Source of the DNA: Octopus vulgaris
Taxonomy: Eukaryota
Reading direction: 5' to 3'
DNA length: 64,000 bases
Assembly (NCBI GenBank): GCA_951406725.2
Contig: OX597814.1
Location: 216,690,001-216,754,000 of the forward strand
The notes under the pieces: generated by a model
Seen by the model: only the letters and a program-made list of their open reading frames with translations
Told to the model about the DNA's origin: nothing
Databases searched by the model: none
Position numbers and translations under genes: made by a program
Part shown: positions 38,321 to 52,727 of the stretch, piece by piece
How the letters are laid out: the number at the start of each line of letters is the position of its first letter
Position numbering within the stretch: position 1 is the stretch's first letter

Positions 38321-41304
38321 GTGTGTATACTGCCAAGCAAATGTGTGTGTATTATTGAGTGGGGGTTGTGTGTGTGTGTATGCATGTATATCTATGTTAG
38401 TGTGTGTCTCCAACTGCTAATTGATAACCGGTGTTGGTGTATTTGCATCCCTGCAAAAGAGGGCTAGAGGTCGCTGCTCATCAGACAGAAAAGGTACCAC
38501 GCATAAAAGACAAAATCGAGGAGGAGCCCCAGCATGGCTGCAGTCTCATGACTGAAACAAGCAGAAGAGAGAAAGAAAAAGAATGAAAAAAAAGAAGAGA
38601 GGAAGAGAAAAATAAAAGAAAGAAAAGGAAAAGTGAGAGAGAACTATAGAGAAGACAAAAAGAGAAAAGAAACAGAGAAAGAGAGAGCGAAAAAAGGAGA
38701 GAAAAGGAGAGAATGTGATTGAAAAAAGAAAACGAGAGAGAAAGAGAAAAATGAAAGAGTGAGAGAGAGGAAGAAGGATAAAAAGAAAACGAGAGGGAAA
38801 AAGAAAGAGAGAAAAGCGAGAGAGCGAGAAAAGAAAGAGAGAGAGAAAAAGAAACGAGAGGAAGAAAGAGAAAAGAAAGAGAGAGAGAAAGAAAAGACAA
38901 TGAGGAAATGAGAGAGAGAGAGCAGACAAAGAAAACGAGAGAAAGAGAGAAAAGAAAAAGAGAGAGAGAGTAAGGAAACAGAGAGAGAAAGAGAGAAAAG
39001 GAAAAGATAAAGAGAGATAGGGAGAAGGAAAACCAGAAAATAAAAGGAGAGAGAAAAGCAGAGAAGGAGAGAGCAAGAATAGAAAAAGAGAAAGAGGGAA
39101 AGGAGAAGAGAAAGATGGAAGGCAAGAGAAGAAAAAGGGACTGAGAAAAATAAAGTGAGAAAAAAAGAGAGAGAGAGAGAGTCAGGAAACAGAGAGAGAA
39201 AAGGAAAAGATAAAGAGAGATAGGGAGAAGGAAAACCAGAAAATAAAAAGAGAGAGAAAAGAAGCAGAGAGGGAGAGAGCGAGAATAGAAATAGAGAAAG
39301 AGGGAAAGGAGAAGAGAAAGATGGAAGGCAAGAGAAGAAAAAGGGAATGAGAGAAATAAAGAGAGGAAAAGGGAGAGAGAGAGAGGAAGAAAGAGGAAAA
39401 ACAAACAGTGAAAGAGAGAGAAATGAGAAAGAGAGGGATAAAAGAGACGTAAAAGGGATAAAGAGAATGAGAGAAAAGAAAGAGGGAGAAAGAAAGAAAA
39501 GAATGTGAGAAGGCAAGAGAGGAGAGAAAAGAAAAAAGTGAGTCCCTAAAAGGGAGAAAAGGAAAAGAGGGAAAGAAGAGAAAAAGGAAATGACAAAGAG
39601 ACAGGGAAAAAGAGGGAGAGTGAAGAAGAGAGAAAAGAAAAGTGAGAGAGCGAGAGAAAGAGAGAAGAGAAAAATTGCCAGAGAGAAAGAGGAAGAGAGG
39701 AAAGAAAGAGAGAGATAACAGGAAGAGAGTAAGGGAGAGAGAAAGAGAGAAAGAGGGAAAAGAAAAGGAGAGATAAAGAAGAGAGGATAGAAAAAGAGAG
39801 AAAGGAAATTAGAAAGAGAGAAAATTAAAGCAGGAGAGAAAGTAAAAAGAGCGGGGGAGAAGGAGAGAAAAGAAAAAGAGAGGGGAGAAAGAAAGAAGGA
39901 AAAGGGGAAAAAGAAAGTGAGAGATAAGAATAGGAGCGGAAGAGAAAGAGAAAAGAGACAGAAAGGGAAAGAGGGGAATATAGGAAAGAAAAGAGAGTGG
40001 GAAATAGAGAGAGAGGAAGAAAGATAGAAAAGTGAGAAACAGAAAAATAGAGGAAGGAAAGAGAGAGAAAGAGAGAACAAAGAGTAAGAGACATAGAGAG
40101 AGAAAGAAGAAAAGAAAATGTGAGAGAGTGAGAGAAGAAGAAAGAGAGAGAAAAGGCAAAGAGAAGTACAGAGAGAGAGAGAGAGATAATAGTAAAAGAG
40201 AAAGAGAGGCGAAAAAGAAAAAGGTTGGGTGCAAGAGAGAAAAGGAATAGTGAAGGAGACAGAGAGAGAAAGAACGAGAGAAAAGTAATAGAGAGAGAGA
40301 TAAAGAAAAAGAGAGAAAGAGGAAGGAAATGAGAGAAAGAGAGAAAAGAATGAGAGAGAGAGAAAAAAGGAAAAAGAGAGAAAGAGAACACAGAGAGAGA
40401 GAGGGAGAAAGAAAGAGAGTGAAGAAAAAGGGAAAGAGAGAGAGAGAGAGACGGAGAGCGAAAGAGAGAAATTGAAAAATAGAGAAAGAGAAAGATAAGG
40501 GAAAAAAGAAAAAGAGAGAGGAAGGCAAAGAGAGAGAAAGAGAGAAAAGAAAGAGAGAAAGAGTAAAAGAGACACAGAGAGAGAAGGAGAAAGAAACAGA
40601 GAGAAGAAAAAGGGGAAAGAGAGAAAAGAAAGAAAAGAAAGAGAGAAAGAGTAAAAGAGACACAGAGAGAGAAAGAGAAAGAACGAGAGAGGAGATAAGG
40701 GGAAAGAGAGAGAAACTGAGAAAAGAAAGAGAAAGAAAGAAATGAAAGAGGGAGATAGGGAGAGAAAGAAAAAGAGAAAGAGGAAAGAAAACGAGAAAGA
40801 GAGTGAGAGACAAAGAGAGAAAAGAGAGGGAGAGGGAAAATGGAATTTCTCTATTTCACATGTCCTCACTTTCTTCATTACAGATTAACAAAACGAATGA
40901 ATGGGGCGAAACTCCTCTAATGCTGGCCTGTTTATATGGCGCCGATAGAAGAATAATGGAGATGTTGATTGATGCAGAATGTGAAATGGAAGCAAAAGAC
41001 TACAAATATGGTCGCACAGCTTTACATTGGGCCGTGGATTGGTAAGTTGAGAATCAAGTAAAATCTCCAGATGTGTTTTTGTCTGTAAATTTGTTGCAAT
41101 TGCAGACACAGGTTCAATATCCAAAGAGGCCATGGTAGTATGATGATGATGATGATGACGACGGTGATGATGATGATGATGATAATGATAATAATGATAT
41201 TGATGATGTCGATCTTGCTGATGATGGTGGTGGTGATGATGATGATGATGGAGGCGATGATGATGACGATGAAGTTGATGATGATGATGTTGATTATGTT
41301 GATG

Positions 41305-41336
<32 letters not shown>

Positions 41337-41370
41337 GGTGACGATTGTGATGTTGGTGTTTATGATGGTA

Positions 41371-41406
<36 letters not shown>

Positions 41407-42026
41407 ACGATTACTATGATGATGCCGATGATGATGATTATGATTATAGTGGCGACGAATGATGATGATGATGATTATGATGATTTTGGAGATGTTGAAG
41501 ATGATGGTGGCTATGAACGATGATGATGATGATGATAGTGTTGGCAATGAGGGTGATGATGATGATGGAGATGATGAAAAGGAAGATGATAATGGTGATG
41601 ATGATGATAATGGTGATGATGGCGATAATGATGATTATGTTAATGACAGAGGTGGTGGCAATGATGATGATGGCGATGATATCGATGAGGATGATAGCGA
41701 TGATAATAGTGCAACTGATAATGATGGTGATGATGATGATGATGATATTTCGTCTGAAAGCCAAAACAATTAGTTGTTTAATGTAAATTAGTCAATGTTT
41801 CTATCTTTTACTCTCAGCCGTCGTTTTGAAGCCGTGGAGCTCTTACTATCTCGGGGCAGCGAGGTGAATGGGAAGAGCAAGGATGGCAGGACTCCTCTCC
41901 ATTTGGCTGCAGACTCATCTCAGGAATGGACAGATTGTGTGAGAGCATTAATGCAGCAAAGCACTGTTGAGGTTAGTGACTATATACATGTGTGTGTGCG
42001 TGTGTGTATGTGTGTGTCTGTGTACT

Positions 42027-42057
<31 letters not shown>

Positions 42058-42772
42058 TTATATATATATATATATATATACAAATAAAATGAATGGATGC
42101 ATATATAATGACATCTTCTTTGTCCCCTCTGTGTTTAGCCCCTTGTGGGTAATAAAGAAATATATATAATGTAAATTTTTGTAAAATTACGAGGAAACAA
42201 AAGATACTCTTGCGAATTTTTACTGAACTCTTCTCCCGACCTTTGGGGCACACTTATATAGGTACGTATATATAATCGTATATATAATGTATACATGCCT
42301 ATAAGATATTATATATATGTATATATATATATATATATATATACATATATATACATATGTATATACAAATATATATAACAATATATATATACACACACAC
42401 ACACATATATATGTATATAAACGTATATATGAGTATACATATACATATATACATAGATACATACACACACAAACACACATATACATATCTATCTATCTAT
42501 CTATCTATCTATATATCTATATATATATATATATATATACTTCCTGAGACCCTTATTTTTCCCCATAACTTTGTTGTGTTTCCTATTTTATAATGAAAAT
42601 CATTGATTTTCGATTACGATTATGTTGAGAAAAGGGAAGCATTTGATGAGTTCCAAACCAATCCCAACTCCAGACATAATTGTTGATTAAGACATGGAAA
42701 GGGATGGATTTTCAGAAAATTTCATCAAGAAATATTTATTCTAAAAAGCTTCATGAGGAACATACAACTACA

Positions 42773-42816
<44 letters not shown>

Positions 42817-43600
42817 TACAGGAGTGGCTGTGTGGTTAGTAGCTTGCTTACAAACCACATGGTTCCATAAGAAATCGGTTTCTCGATTTTTTCCACTCAT
42901 CGATTGTTTTTTCTTTTTTTTTTCATGTAACCCCACTTTGCCCATTGGATGAGAACCCTTCCAGCAAGGAAAGTAGAATGCCCAAAAGGGCTCCTGATCC
43001 TCTGTATAAGAAGCGGTTATGTTCAGATCACAACTAAGTTTATATATATGGGCAAAACACACAGACACAAACATATACGTACATACACCTATTGTATACA
43101 TGTTTTAGCACGTCATATTCGTTTAGAGGAAGTTTTTTACACATATTACACTAATTTTTTGTTTGCTTTTATGACAAGGTCAAACGCTTTAGGTTGACCC
43201 CTCTCCTTTCGAAAACATGAACAGTTTCGCAACATTGTTTACAAAATAATAGCTGATCGTTTGCGAAGGAGCGTGTCTACAGTCAACACGTAGGTCTTTT
43301 GCTCTGGTAACCTGTGCTCTCTCCCATGTTCACGCACGACCAGCTATATATCGCTATGATTAGAACAACGGATTCAGCTAATTTGGAAATTAGTTGTGGA
43401 GAAACGGCGAATATCGTTTATGTTGCCCGTATATATATATATATATATACGCACAACACACACACACATAAACATTGCATACATGTGTCTTTTACGCATA
43501 CATGCTCGCGTGTGTGTATGCGTGACTGAAGCCATTCACACATACAAACATACATAACAACACCTGTCTGTCTGTTATTGCCAGTAAAAGACGAAATTAT

Positions 43601-43647
<47 letters not shown>

Positions 43648-45745
43648 TCCCTCCCTCTCTTTACACAGTCGCTAGGAGGGGACTTAACTCATGTTTGCTT
43701 TGTAAACAATGGTAGCTTTCGCTATCTTAAAAATTTTAAAGTTATGGCTCAAAATTAATAGTCATATATGTGTGTGTGTGTGTGTGGTTATGTGTGTCTG
43801 TTTGTGCGTGTGTTTGTGTGTCTGTGTTTGTCCCCCAGCATCATTTCACAACCGATGCTGGTGTGTTTACGTCCCCATAACCTAGCGGTTCTGCAAAAGA
43901 ACCGATAAAATAAGTACTATGCTTCCAGGGGTCGATTTGCTAGACTGACGGCAGTGCTGCAGCATGGCCACAGTCACATGACTAAAACAAATGAAAGAAT
44001 AAAAGTATAAATGTTACTATGATCACACACACACGCGAACACACACATATATACACACACACACATTTTGCTGCTCTATGTGTTTATTTATTGAGTTATT
44101 CATCCTATATGCGTGTGTTTGTGTGTGTGTGTATAAATATATTTATATGTACATATGTATGTGTGTATACGCATGTGTGTGTATACAATAGAAATCTCCA
44201 TTAACTACTCCCCACCCCAATCATTCCACTTGTTTAATTAATTTCATTCCTTCTCTTCTCTTTTTCTGTGAGTTTCTCTTTTAATTCTTCAACGCCCGAC
44301 TCCCCCTTTCAGACACCATTTTTAATGTTTTTATTCTTTTCTTTTTCAGGTCAATGCACGGTCTAATGATGGTCAAACACCGCTGCACCGGGCCTGTTGG
44401 TGGGGACACTTGCACACTGTCGACATGTTGTTGGGTCACAATGGCATCGATGCCAACGTGGTGGACAGCGATGGAGACACACCACTGCATGTGGCAGTTC
44501 GGGGGTAAGTCCCCATTGGATCTGGAATATCCAAATCTGTTTCTTTAATGTTTTCAATAATGTTTGTTTCTTTTTCATTCAGTCATTCATGTCATAATCC
44601 CACCATGGGGTCATTGTCTTTCTTCTCTCTTTCGCACTGAAATAACACTGTAATCTACTTTATTAATTAATCATCACCATAATTGTTATTGTTGTTACCT
44701 GACTGGACACTTTACTTCATCTCGTTCTCCATTTCCTCAACGTCACAGGTTCAAATCCTCTCTCTTCTTCTTTTCATCCCATCTAGAACTACTTTCTCTC
44801 TCTTTCTCCTTTTCTTCCTCACTTTCTCTCCTTTGTAGTTTCCCTATTTACTCCGACCCTGGGCTAAATACAGAATCATTCCCTTACAGTATTTACATTT
44901 GTCTCTTTTATGTTCTATGTTCAAATCCTACCAGAATATTTAGTATCATTCTGGGGTCAATATAATCTGTACCAGTAATTCCCAGGGGTTCCTTTAATAA
45001 ACTGTCTTCCTTCTTTTCTCCAGTTCTTGATTCTTATTACTTTTAGAGGAAATAAATTGTTTTATTTTATTTACGACTCTTTACGTTCAGAGTTCAAATC
45101 CTGCCAAGGTCAACTTCTCCTTCCATCTTTGCAAGGTTGATAAAATACAATACCAGTCATTTTTACATGTTTATATAAGCTGTCTGAGTTATTAGCAGTA
45201 TTTTTCCTGTCTTTACATTTCTGGGTTTACTCAGGTGTGTATATAGCATTTTTCTACTGTGTAGAGTGTGTATTGAATAAATATATGTGTGTGAGTATGT
45301 GTGTAATAATTGCCGTAATTAAGTTATTGTGACCTAATTACATTTGTTTTCTTTAATGACCTAATAACTATTATCTCAAGCTGTGCGATGTTTGTTTTTT
45401 TTTTCATGTTTTTCTTTCCTCATCTATTACTTTCAGGCGAAACGATAAATTGGTGTCTGTGATGCTGAACCAGGTTAGTTAATAAATACATATTATATAC
45501 ACTCTCCAGCATTTTATTGATCTGTATAATAGAAATATTATGAAGGTACCAGTGAAATAATGGAGATAGATTCAATCACATGTACTACAAAAAACTTGGG
45601 TTTGTGGAGGAATTGCATGTTGATCATGTTGATGATGATATTAGCGGTGTTGACAGTCCAACTAACCACCACCACCGATAATAATATCTTCAGTGGTCAA
45701 ATGAAACAAGGTCATAATGAGATTAACCAAAATATAATAGATATC

Positions 45746-45805
<60 letters not shown>

Positions 45806-48795
45806 GTGTGTGTGTGTATGTCTATGCGTTGGGATATGTATATATTTATACACACACACACACACACACACACATACACACATATATTCATATGAAGTAA
45901 GAAATTATAAGATGAATATATTTCTTTCACCAGTTACATCGTTTCACAGAAGTTTTTGTGTATGATAAATTCTTTTACATGTCTGCATTAGTGTATAGGT
46001 TATAAATCATACAGTGCCATCGTACAATTTACAAAGTAAAACAGGTATAAATGACAAGCACCTCAGTTCATAGAATATCATGTTTACATCCATTCTTCAA
46101 TGCAATATACATACACAAGAACAGAATTTTATTTTCAAAATATTAATGTATGGAAGATAATAATTTACAAATCATTTTTTTATAGAAGAGAGAAGGAGAT
46201 TTAGTAAGATATCAAAAAGGAAGCAGTAAATATACATACATGCATATACACTTATATATATATACATATACATATATATGTATGTATATTAAAAATTGGG
46301 GTGTTTTATGGGATTACCCTGGGTTTCCCATTCATAAAGGGTTTAGCTTTGTACCGTATCGTAAGGCCCCAAAACCTGTTGGCCTAAGAACTCTTCAAAA
46401 TATGGAAGGGGAAAAGCCTGGGATTTACGTTTTCTGCAAACGATCCTTTTCGGCTCCCTAGCAAGAGATTATCCCAGTGACCATGTGGTTTCTACATATT
46501 CACTGAAACCACAGGTCTCCCATAAATATGAAAGGATTTGACCTCGGATACTCCAGCAATAACATCCCCACGTCACCCAACGAACTATACACCCGTAAGC
46601 AGCTGGAAAAGCTATTGGACGGGATTAGGCGTGTGAGGTGAAGGGCTTTTCCACCCTCCATATTTGGAAGAGGTCTTAGGCCAACAGGTTTTGGGGTCTA
46701 ATGACACCCCAAGAAGATAAATCCTTTTTGGACCGGAAACCAACGGTAATCCCGGATACCGGCCTCACCAGTTTTAAAATATACACTGCTCTACATCTTA
46801 GAGTGTGCTTCTTCTCCGGATTTATCTTTTCTATAAACAAAACATATATATACGTATGCCATTGTTCAGTTTATTTCAAGGTATTTTATTTTTCACTTTA
46901 TGTCAACATCCGCTGGACAGCTAATTCCCTCAACTGGGAACTGTTTCTCTATGTATGTATGTATGTATGTATGTATGTATGTATGTATGTATGCATGTAT
47001 GGATGGATGGATGGATGGATGGATGGATGGATGGATGTCACTTTCGAGTGCTGCTGGTAACATGTAACCCAGTACAACCTGTTGCATGGTCGGGTCGTCG
47101 GCGACTAAACCGGCAACCCCACCAAGTTTGCTTGGTGAGGAGGGTGTTTATTGGACACCCTGCAGGATGAAAACAAAACCCGTCAAAGGGCGGAGGACCT
47201 CTTGAGAGTCAACGGCCATCAAATAAATGTCTTAAGGCTTTATTATGCGCGGAGCCATAGAAATAATCGGACTGAATACCCGATCGCGCGGTTAAACCAT
47301 TGGGAGTGAAGGACTCCTAGCCTTTGTTAGGGAATCCTTCTAGGAGAAGGTAACTCGGGTAACTCCGACATAAAACCTGCAGCTCAGTGGTTACCGATGA
47401 TGTTCACTCGTTCTTCTTTTCGGATTTTGGCAGCTGTTGCTTAGTGAGTGGGATTGACTCAGTGCACAGCCTTTCCTCACTTTACAAAAAATCTTCTTGC
47501 ACAGGCATTGCACGACAACAACATTGATTAAGCTTCGTGCAATGGCCATACTCGATAACGAGGGGGTAGCCACCATATATGTATGTATGTATGTATGTAC
47601 GTTTGTACGTATGTATGTACGTATGTACGTATGCATGTATGGATGGATGGATGGATGGATGGATGGATGGATGGATGGATGGATGGATGTCACTTTCGAG
47701 TGCTGCTGGTAACATGTAACCCAGTACAACCTGTTGCATGGTCGGGTCGTCGGCGACTAAACCGGCAACCCCACCAAGTTTGCTTGGTGAGGAGGGTGTT
47801 TATTGGACACCCTGCAGGATGAAAAACAAAACCCGTCAAAGGGCGGAGGACCTCTTGAGAGTCAACGGCCATCAAATAAATGTCTTAAGGCTTTATTATG
47901 CGCGGAGCCATAGAAATAATCGGACTGAATACCCGATCGCGCGGTTAAACCATTGGGAGTGAAGGACTCCTAGCCTTTGTTAGGGAATCCTTCTAGGAGA
48001 AGGTAACTCGGGTAACTCCGACATAAAACCTGCAGCTCAGTGGTTACCGATGATGTTCACTCGTTCTTCTTTTCGGATTTTGGCAGCTGTTGCTTAGTGA
48101 GTGGGATTGACTCAGTGCACAGCCTTTCCTCACTTTACAAAAAATCTTCTTGCACAGGCATTGCACGACAACAACATTGATTAAGCTTCGTGCAATGGCC
48201 ATACTCGATAACGAGGGGGTAGCCACCATGTATGTATGTACGTTTGTATGTATGTACGTTTGTACGTATGTATGTACGTATGTACGTACGTACGTCTGGC
48301 TGTCTGTCTGGCTGCGCGCACAGACACACACACGTGATATAATTGTCACTTAGTCTACCTCAGAAATTTCACGGTTTTTTAGTTTTATTACAAATGGGGG
48401 ATTGGGAAATGGAGTATTGACCCATATTGCATCGGACCCTTGTGGGTTGGATACTGTATAATTGGATGTGTTGCATCCTCCGGTGCAGATGCATCTCATC
48501 TGGTGTCTTGTTTTACAGAAGAAGCCTCACTAAATATTCTCGGTTTCGCTTGGCATGTTATTGCCAGGAGGTTGTTGGCTATAATGGTATAATCCAAGAA
48601 CCTACTGACAACAACAACATACCAAGCGACACCGAGAACCCTCCCACCCGCAAGGAATCGATGCAACATGGGTCAAACCAATCGTTGTGATGAATAAAGT
48701 GTCTCGTGAACTTCATTTTACATATTCCTCATTCAACATATATATTTATATATCCAACAGTAATGTATATAAATCTCTCTCTCTCTCTCTCACTC

Positions 48796-48860
<65 letters not shown>

Positions 48861-49525
48861 TGTGTGTGTATCTGTGTATGTGTGTGTGCACACGCATCAA
48901 TTTCATGGTGGTGGATACTAACCACCTCAACAGTTTTATGAACCTCTTATTAATTATAGCAACATCAAAAGTATACTTTAGAAATTTTAATTCTTCTTTA
49001 CTAGTCTTGATCTGTTAATCATGTGTTCACTTGTGTTCAGCTCCCCTAAAACTTACTATAGTTAGGAAGAAAGGTAGATTAAGCTGAAACGATCTATTTA
49101 GGACATCTTTATCCTGTCTAGAACACATTCTCATAGCAACATCTAGAGGATCTTACGAAGGTTGATTTTACGGACAAACATCAAATGTACATGATCAGTT
49201 TGATCAAGTATACAATAGAAGACAATAATGACACATTGATATCCATCCTGATTTTCATGTAAATTTTCATTTTCTATTTTTACTTCCACAAAGGGGTCTG
49301 TTCAGTTGGATATTCAGAACAAAAAGAAAATGACACCATTGCTTGAAGCCGTTTCCCGGGGTCACCTCGGAATGACACACAAGCTAATAGCCCTGGGTGC
49401 AAACATAAATGCTGTTGATGGTGATGGTAACAGCTGTTTGCACCTTGCTGTGAAAAGAAAAGTGTTTAATTCTGAGGGTGCACCCATGGATTTACTAAAC
49501 GAGGTAAGTTTTTAAATTGTTTGCG

Positions 49526-49577
<52 letters not shown>

Positions 49578-52500
49578 TGGGTGTGTGGGTGTGTGTGTGT
49601 GTGTGTGCGTGTGTCTGTGTGATTTTGTGTATTTGTGAGTCTTTGTGTGAGTGTGAGAGAGAGACAGACAGACAGACAAGCTTTGCTTGTCATGTATCAA
49701 TCCTCCCCTATCAGCTCCATCCTCCATTACCATTCCGTAATCCAGTCTCCCCTTGTGACCCGAGTGATATTATGTAACAAACAATATTCCATCCCCTTTC
49801 ACTCTCAAAGATGTCGTCTCACCACGGTCGAGAGGTGACCCATCTCGGTTGTTGGCCATATAAACACAGCCATCACAATGTGACGGAGAAGTGGCCAATT
49901 TAATAGAGGAGATATTATTCTCAATTAACAATGATGCAGGATAGAAGAGATGTCTGAGCTTTATAGTGCTGGTGCCATGGTAAATACATCCAGTCCATTC
50001 TATGAAGAATTCTGAGTGAAACTGCTCTCTATCCTACTTCTTGTACACGACATGAATCCACTGACTTCTTGTGGACATGTCATAAGAATGTTCAATGTTA
50101 GGACACTAGAGAATGACTACAATAAAGCATGGTCCTTAGTGAGTTTTCCTGTATTTAAGTTCTGTATGTACACTTAGGCACACACACAATCACACACACA
50201 CATACACACACACACTCACACACACAGATAATCACACACAAGTAGTGATTTTGAGTTTGAGTATATATCTTGTAAAATGCTGTTTAAAGCCCGTTTACTG
50301 TATTCGGCTATCCGATGTCATCAACAGTATGGACTTCAATATTACTGGACTTTTTGCTGTTATCTCAAAAATGAAGCAGTTATTTATAATTCTTATATTT
50401 TTCAAAATTAAGATAAACAAAGTACTTTTTTCTGTTAATCTAAATCATACTCTCCTTCATTTTCTACAATGCTCTTCCATCTATCTGGTAGACTTACAAG
50501 TCGCCTCTTCCAAAATTCACTTGTCCGTGATTAAAAATACTCCTCCATTACTCTTATGACTTGACACTAATTCCTGCTTCCTTTACTTTACCGTAATCAT
50601 TCAAAGATGCTTCTTGCTTAATTATGAAAACATTATTGATATGTTTGGTCATGTCTGTGTGGTATTGACTTTGTTATGTTATAGGTGTTTTTGTTTCTGA
50701 TATAACTTATGTTCTTTCTTCTCATGTTGTGTTATATTTATATATACAATACTCTTTCTAATGGCTACATGGTCGCCTTTATCAAGCCAATTATATAGAT
50801 AGGTTCTTGTTGGTTTGTTCTTCCTATATTTGACTTTTCTATTGAATATATTGTGATATTTGTGATTGACAAGTAAATATTTACTCATTAATTAACAATA
50901 AGCTTGATGTTAATCAATACGGTTTGTCCTGATCAATGTAATGACAATATATTTAGAGGGTGTCTCAGTGTTGAAAATAAAGTAAAAACACGAAAATGGG
51001 AAATGGACTAAATTAAAGATTATGTAGGAACTCAATACTTTGTAATTGCTTTAATTGGTGGATAAACAACCTATGAGTAAATTTAGATGAACTTTTGTGT
51101 AATTGTGTAATTGTTATGAATATTTGTGTAATATTGTCATCATTTTATATTTCATCATTTGTAGTTCTGCACTGTCCTTAACCTGAAAAAGAATAGAAGG
51201 CTCTCTGGTATAGTGGTTGCTAGATATCTCAGCAGCCAGGGAGCTGACTTTCACCATAAAAACAACAACAATAACACACCATTGGACTTCATTAAGGACC
51301 CAAATTTGAGAAAAAAATTAGAAACATTTTCACCACCACAGTAAGTATTTCCTGGCAATGGAAAAGATAAACCAGTACATTTCCTATTTTGTATATAATC
51401 ATATTTATATGTTTATTTCGTTTTAATTCTACCAATACATTATATTGTCGCTAGTGTTTTTGTCAAAGACCACACAATAAACAATATGCAGTTGTTAGGA
51501 GATCAAAGAAAGAACACGATTTTGATTACATTCACATGATTCGTAGTGTTGACATTTATACTCCACTGTCCACCCCCACCTACCCCTCTTCGTTCCCTAT
51601 TTCAAAGATTTGTGATCAATAGGAAAATATAGATCTAAATAATGAAGTGAATGAATTCCATTTTGAAACTGTTACTTAGAATTAAGTGGAATTTATCTGT
51701 CTACCAACATCTTTTTCTCACTCTTCTATGTCCGAATCAGTCACTATTACGAATGATTTTATAGAAAAATAACCTACAAACACACACCAACAGTGTATAT
51801 ATTATACTTCTGCAAATACTGATGGGACATCGCCACATATCTTCATAGAGAAAAAAAACTGCCAGGAAACGTAAATAATTCAAGTAACACATATAGGCGC
51901 AGGAGTGGCTGTGTGGTAAGTAGCTTGTCTACCAACCACATGGTTCCGGGTTCAGTCCCACTGCGTGGCATCTTGGGCAAGTGTCTTACACTATAGCCCC
52001 GGGCCGACCAATGCCTTGTGAGTGGATTTGGTAGACGGAAACTGAAAGAAGCCTGTCGTATATATGTATATATATATGTATGTGTGTGTGTTTGTGTGTC
52101 TGTGTTTGTTCCCCTAGCATTGCTTGACAACCGATGCTGGTGTGTTTACGTCCCCGTTACTTAGCGGTTCGGCATAAGAGACCGATAGAATAAGTACTGG
52201 GCTTACAAAAAGAATAAGTCCCGGGGTCGAGTTGCTCGACTAAAGGCGGTGCTCCAGCATGGCCGCAGTCAAATGACTGAAACAAGTAAAAGAGTAAAAG
52301 AGTAAATACCATTATAAGGTGTTTTAGTCGCCTTTCACTCCCGTATTTTATAAGATTTGGCAATTTCTTTGCCATGCATCTCTCTGTATTAGCTACTTAA
52401 GAAGCAGACACATTTCCCCCTCAGTGAATATACAAAACTTTCTTTGTCTGTTGAAATTCAAATATTACTCTTTTACTTGTTTCAGTCATTTGACTGCGGC

Positions 52501-52676
52501 CATGCAGGAGCACTGCCTTTAGTCGACAAAAATCGACCCCAGAACTTATTCTTTGTAAGCCTAGCACTTAATTGCCAAAATGCTAGATTACGGGAATGTA
52601 AACACACCAACATCGGTTGTGAAGCGATGGTGGAGGGACAAACACAGACAGACAAATATACACACAAACACACACT

Positions 52677-52727
<51 letters not shown>

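Noticed and set aside
38481-40878. 744-aa and other minus-strand ORFs
   Set aside because: Artefacts of the GA-rich polypurine tract in intron 1.
40885-41786. Poly-His, poly-Met and poly-Asp ORFs
   Set aside because: (GAT)n tract inside intron 2; exons 2 and 3 join in frame without it.
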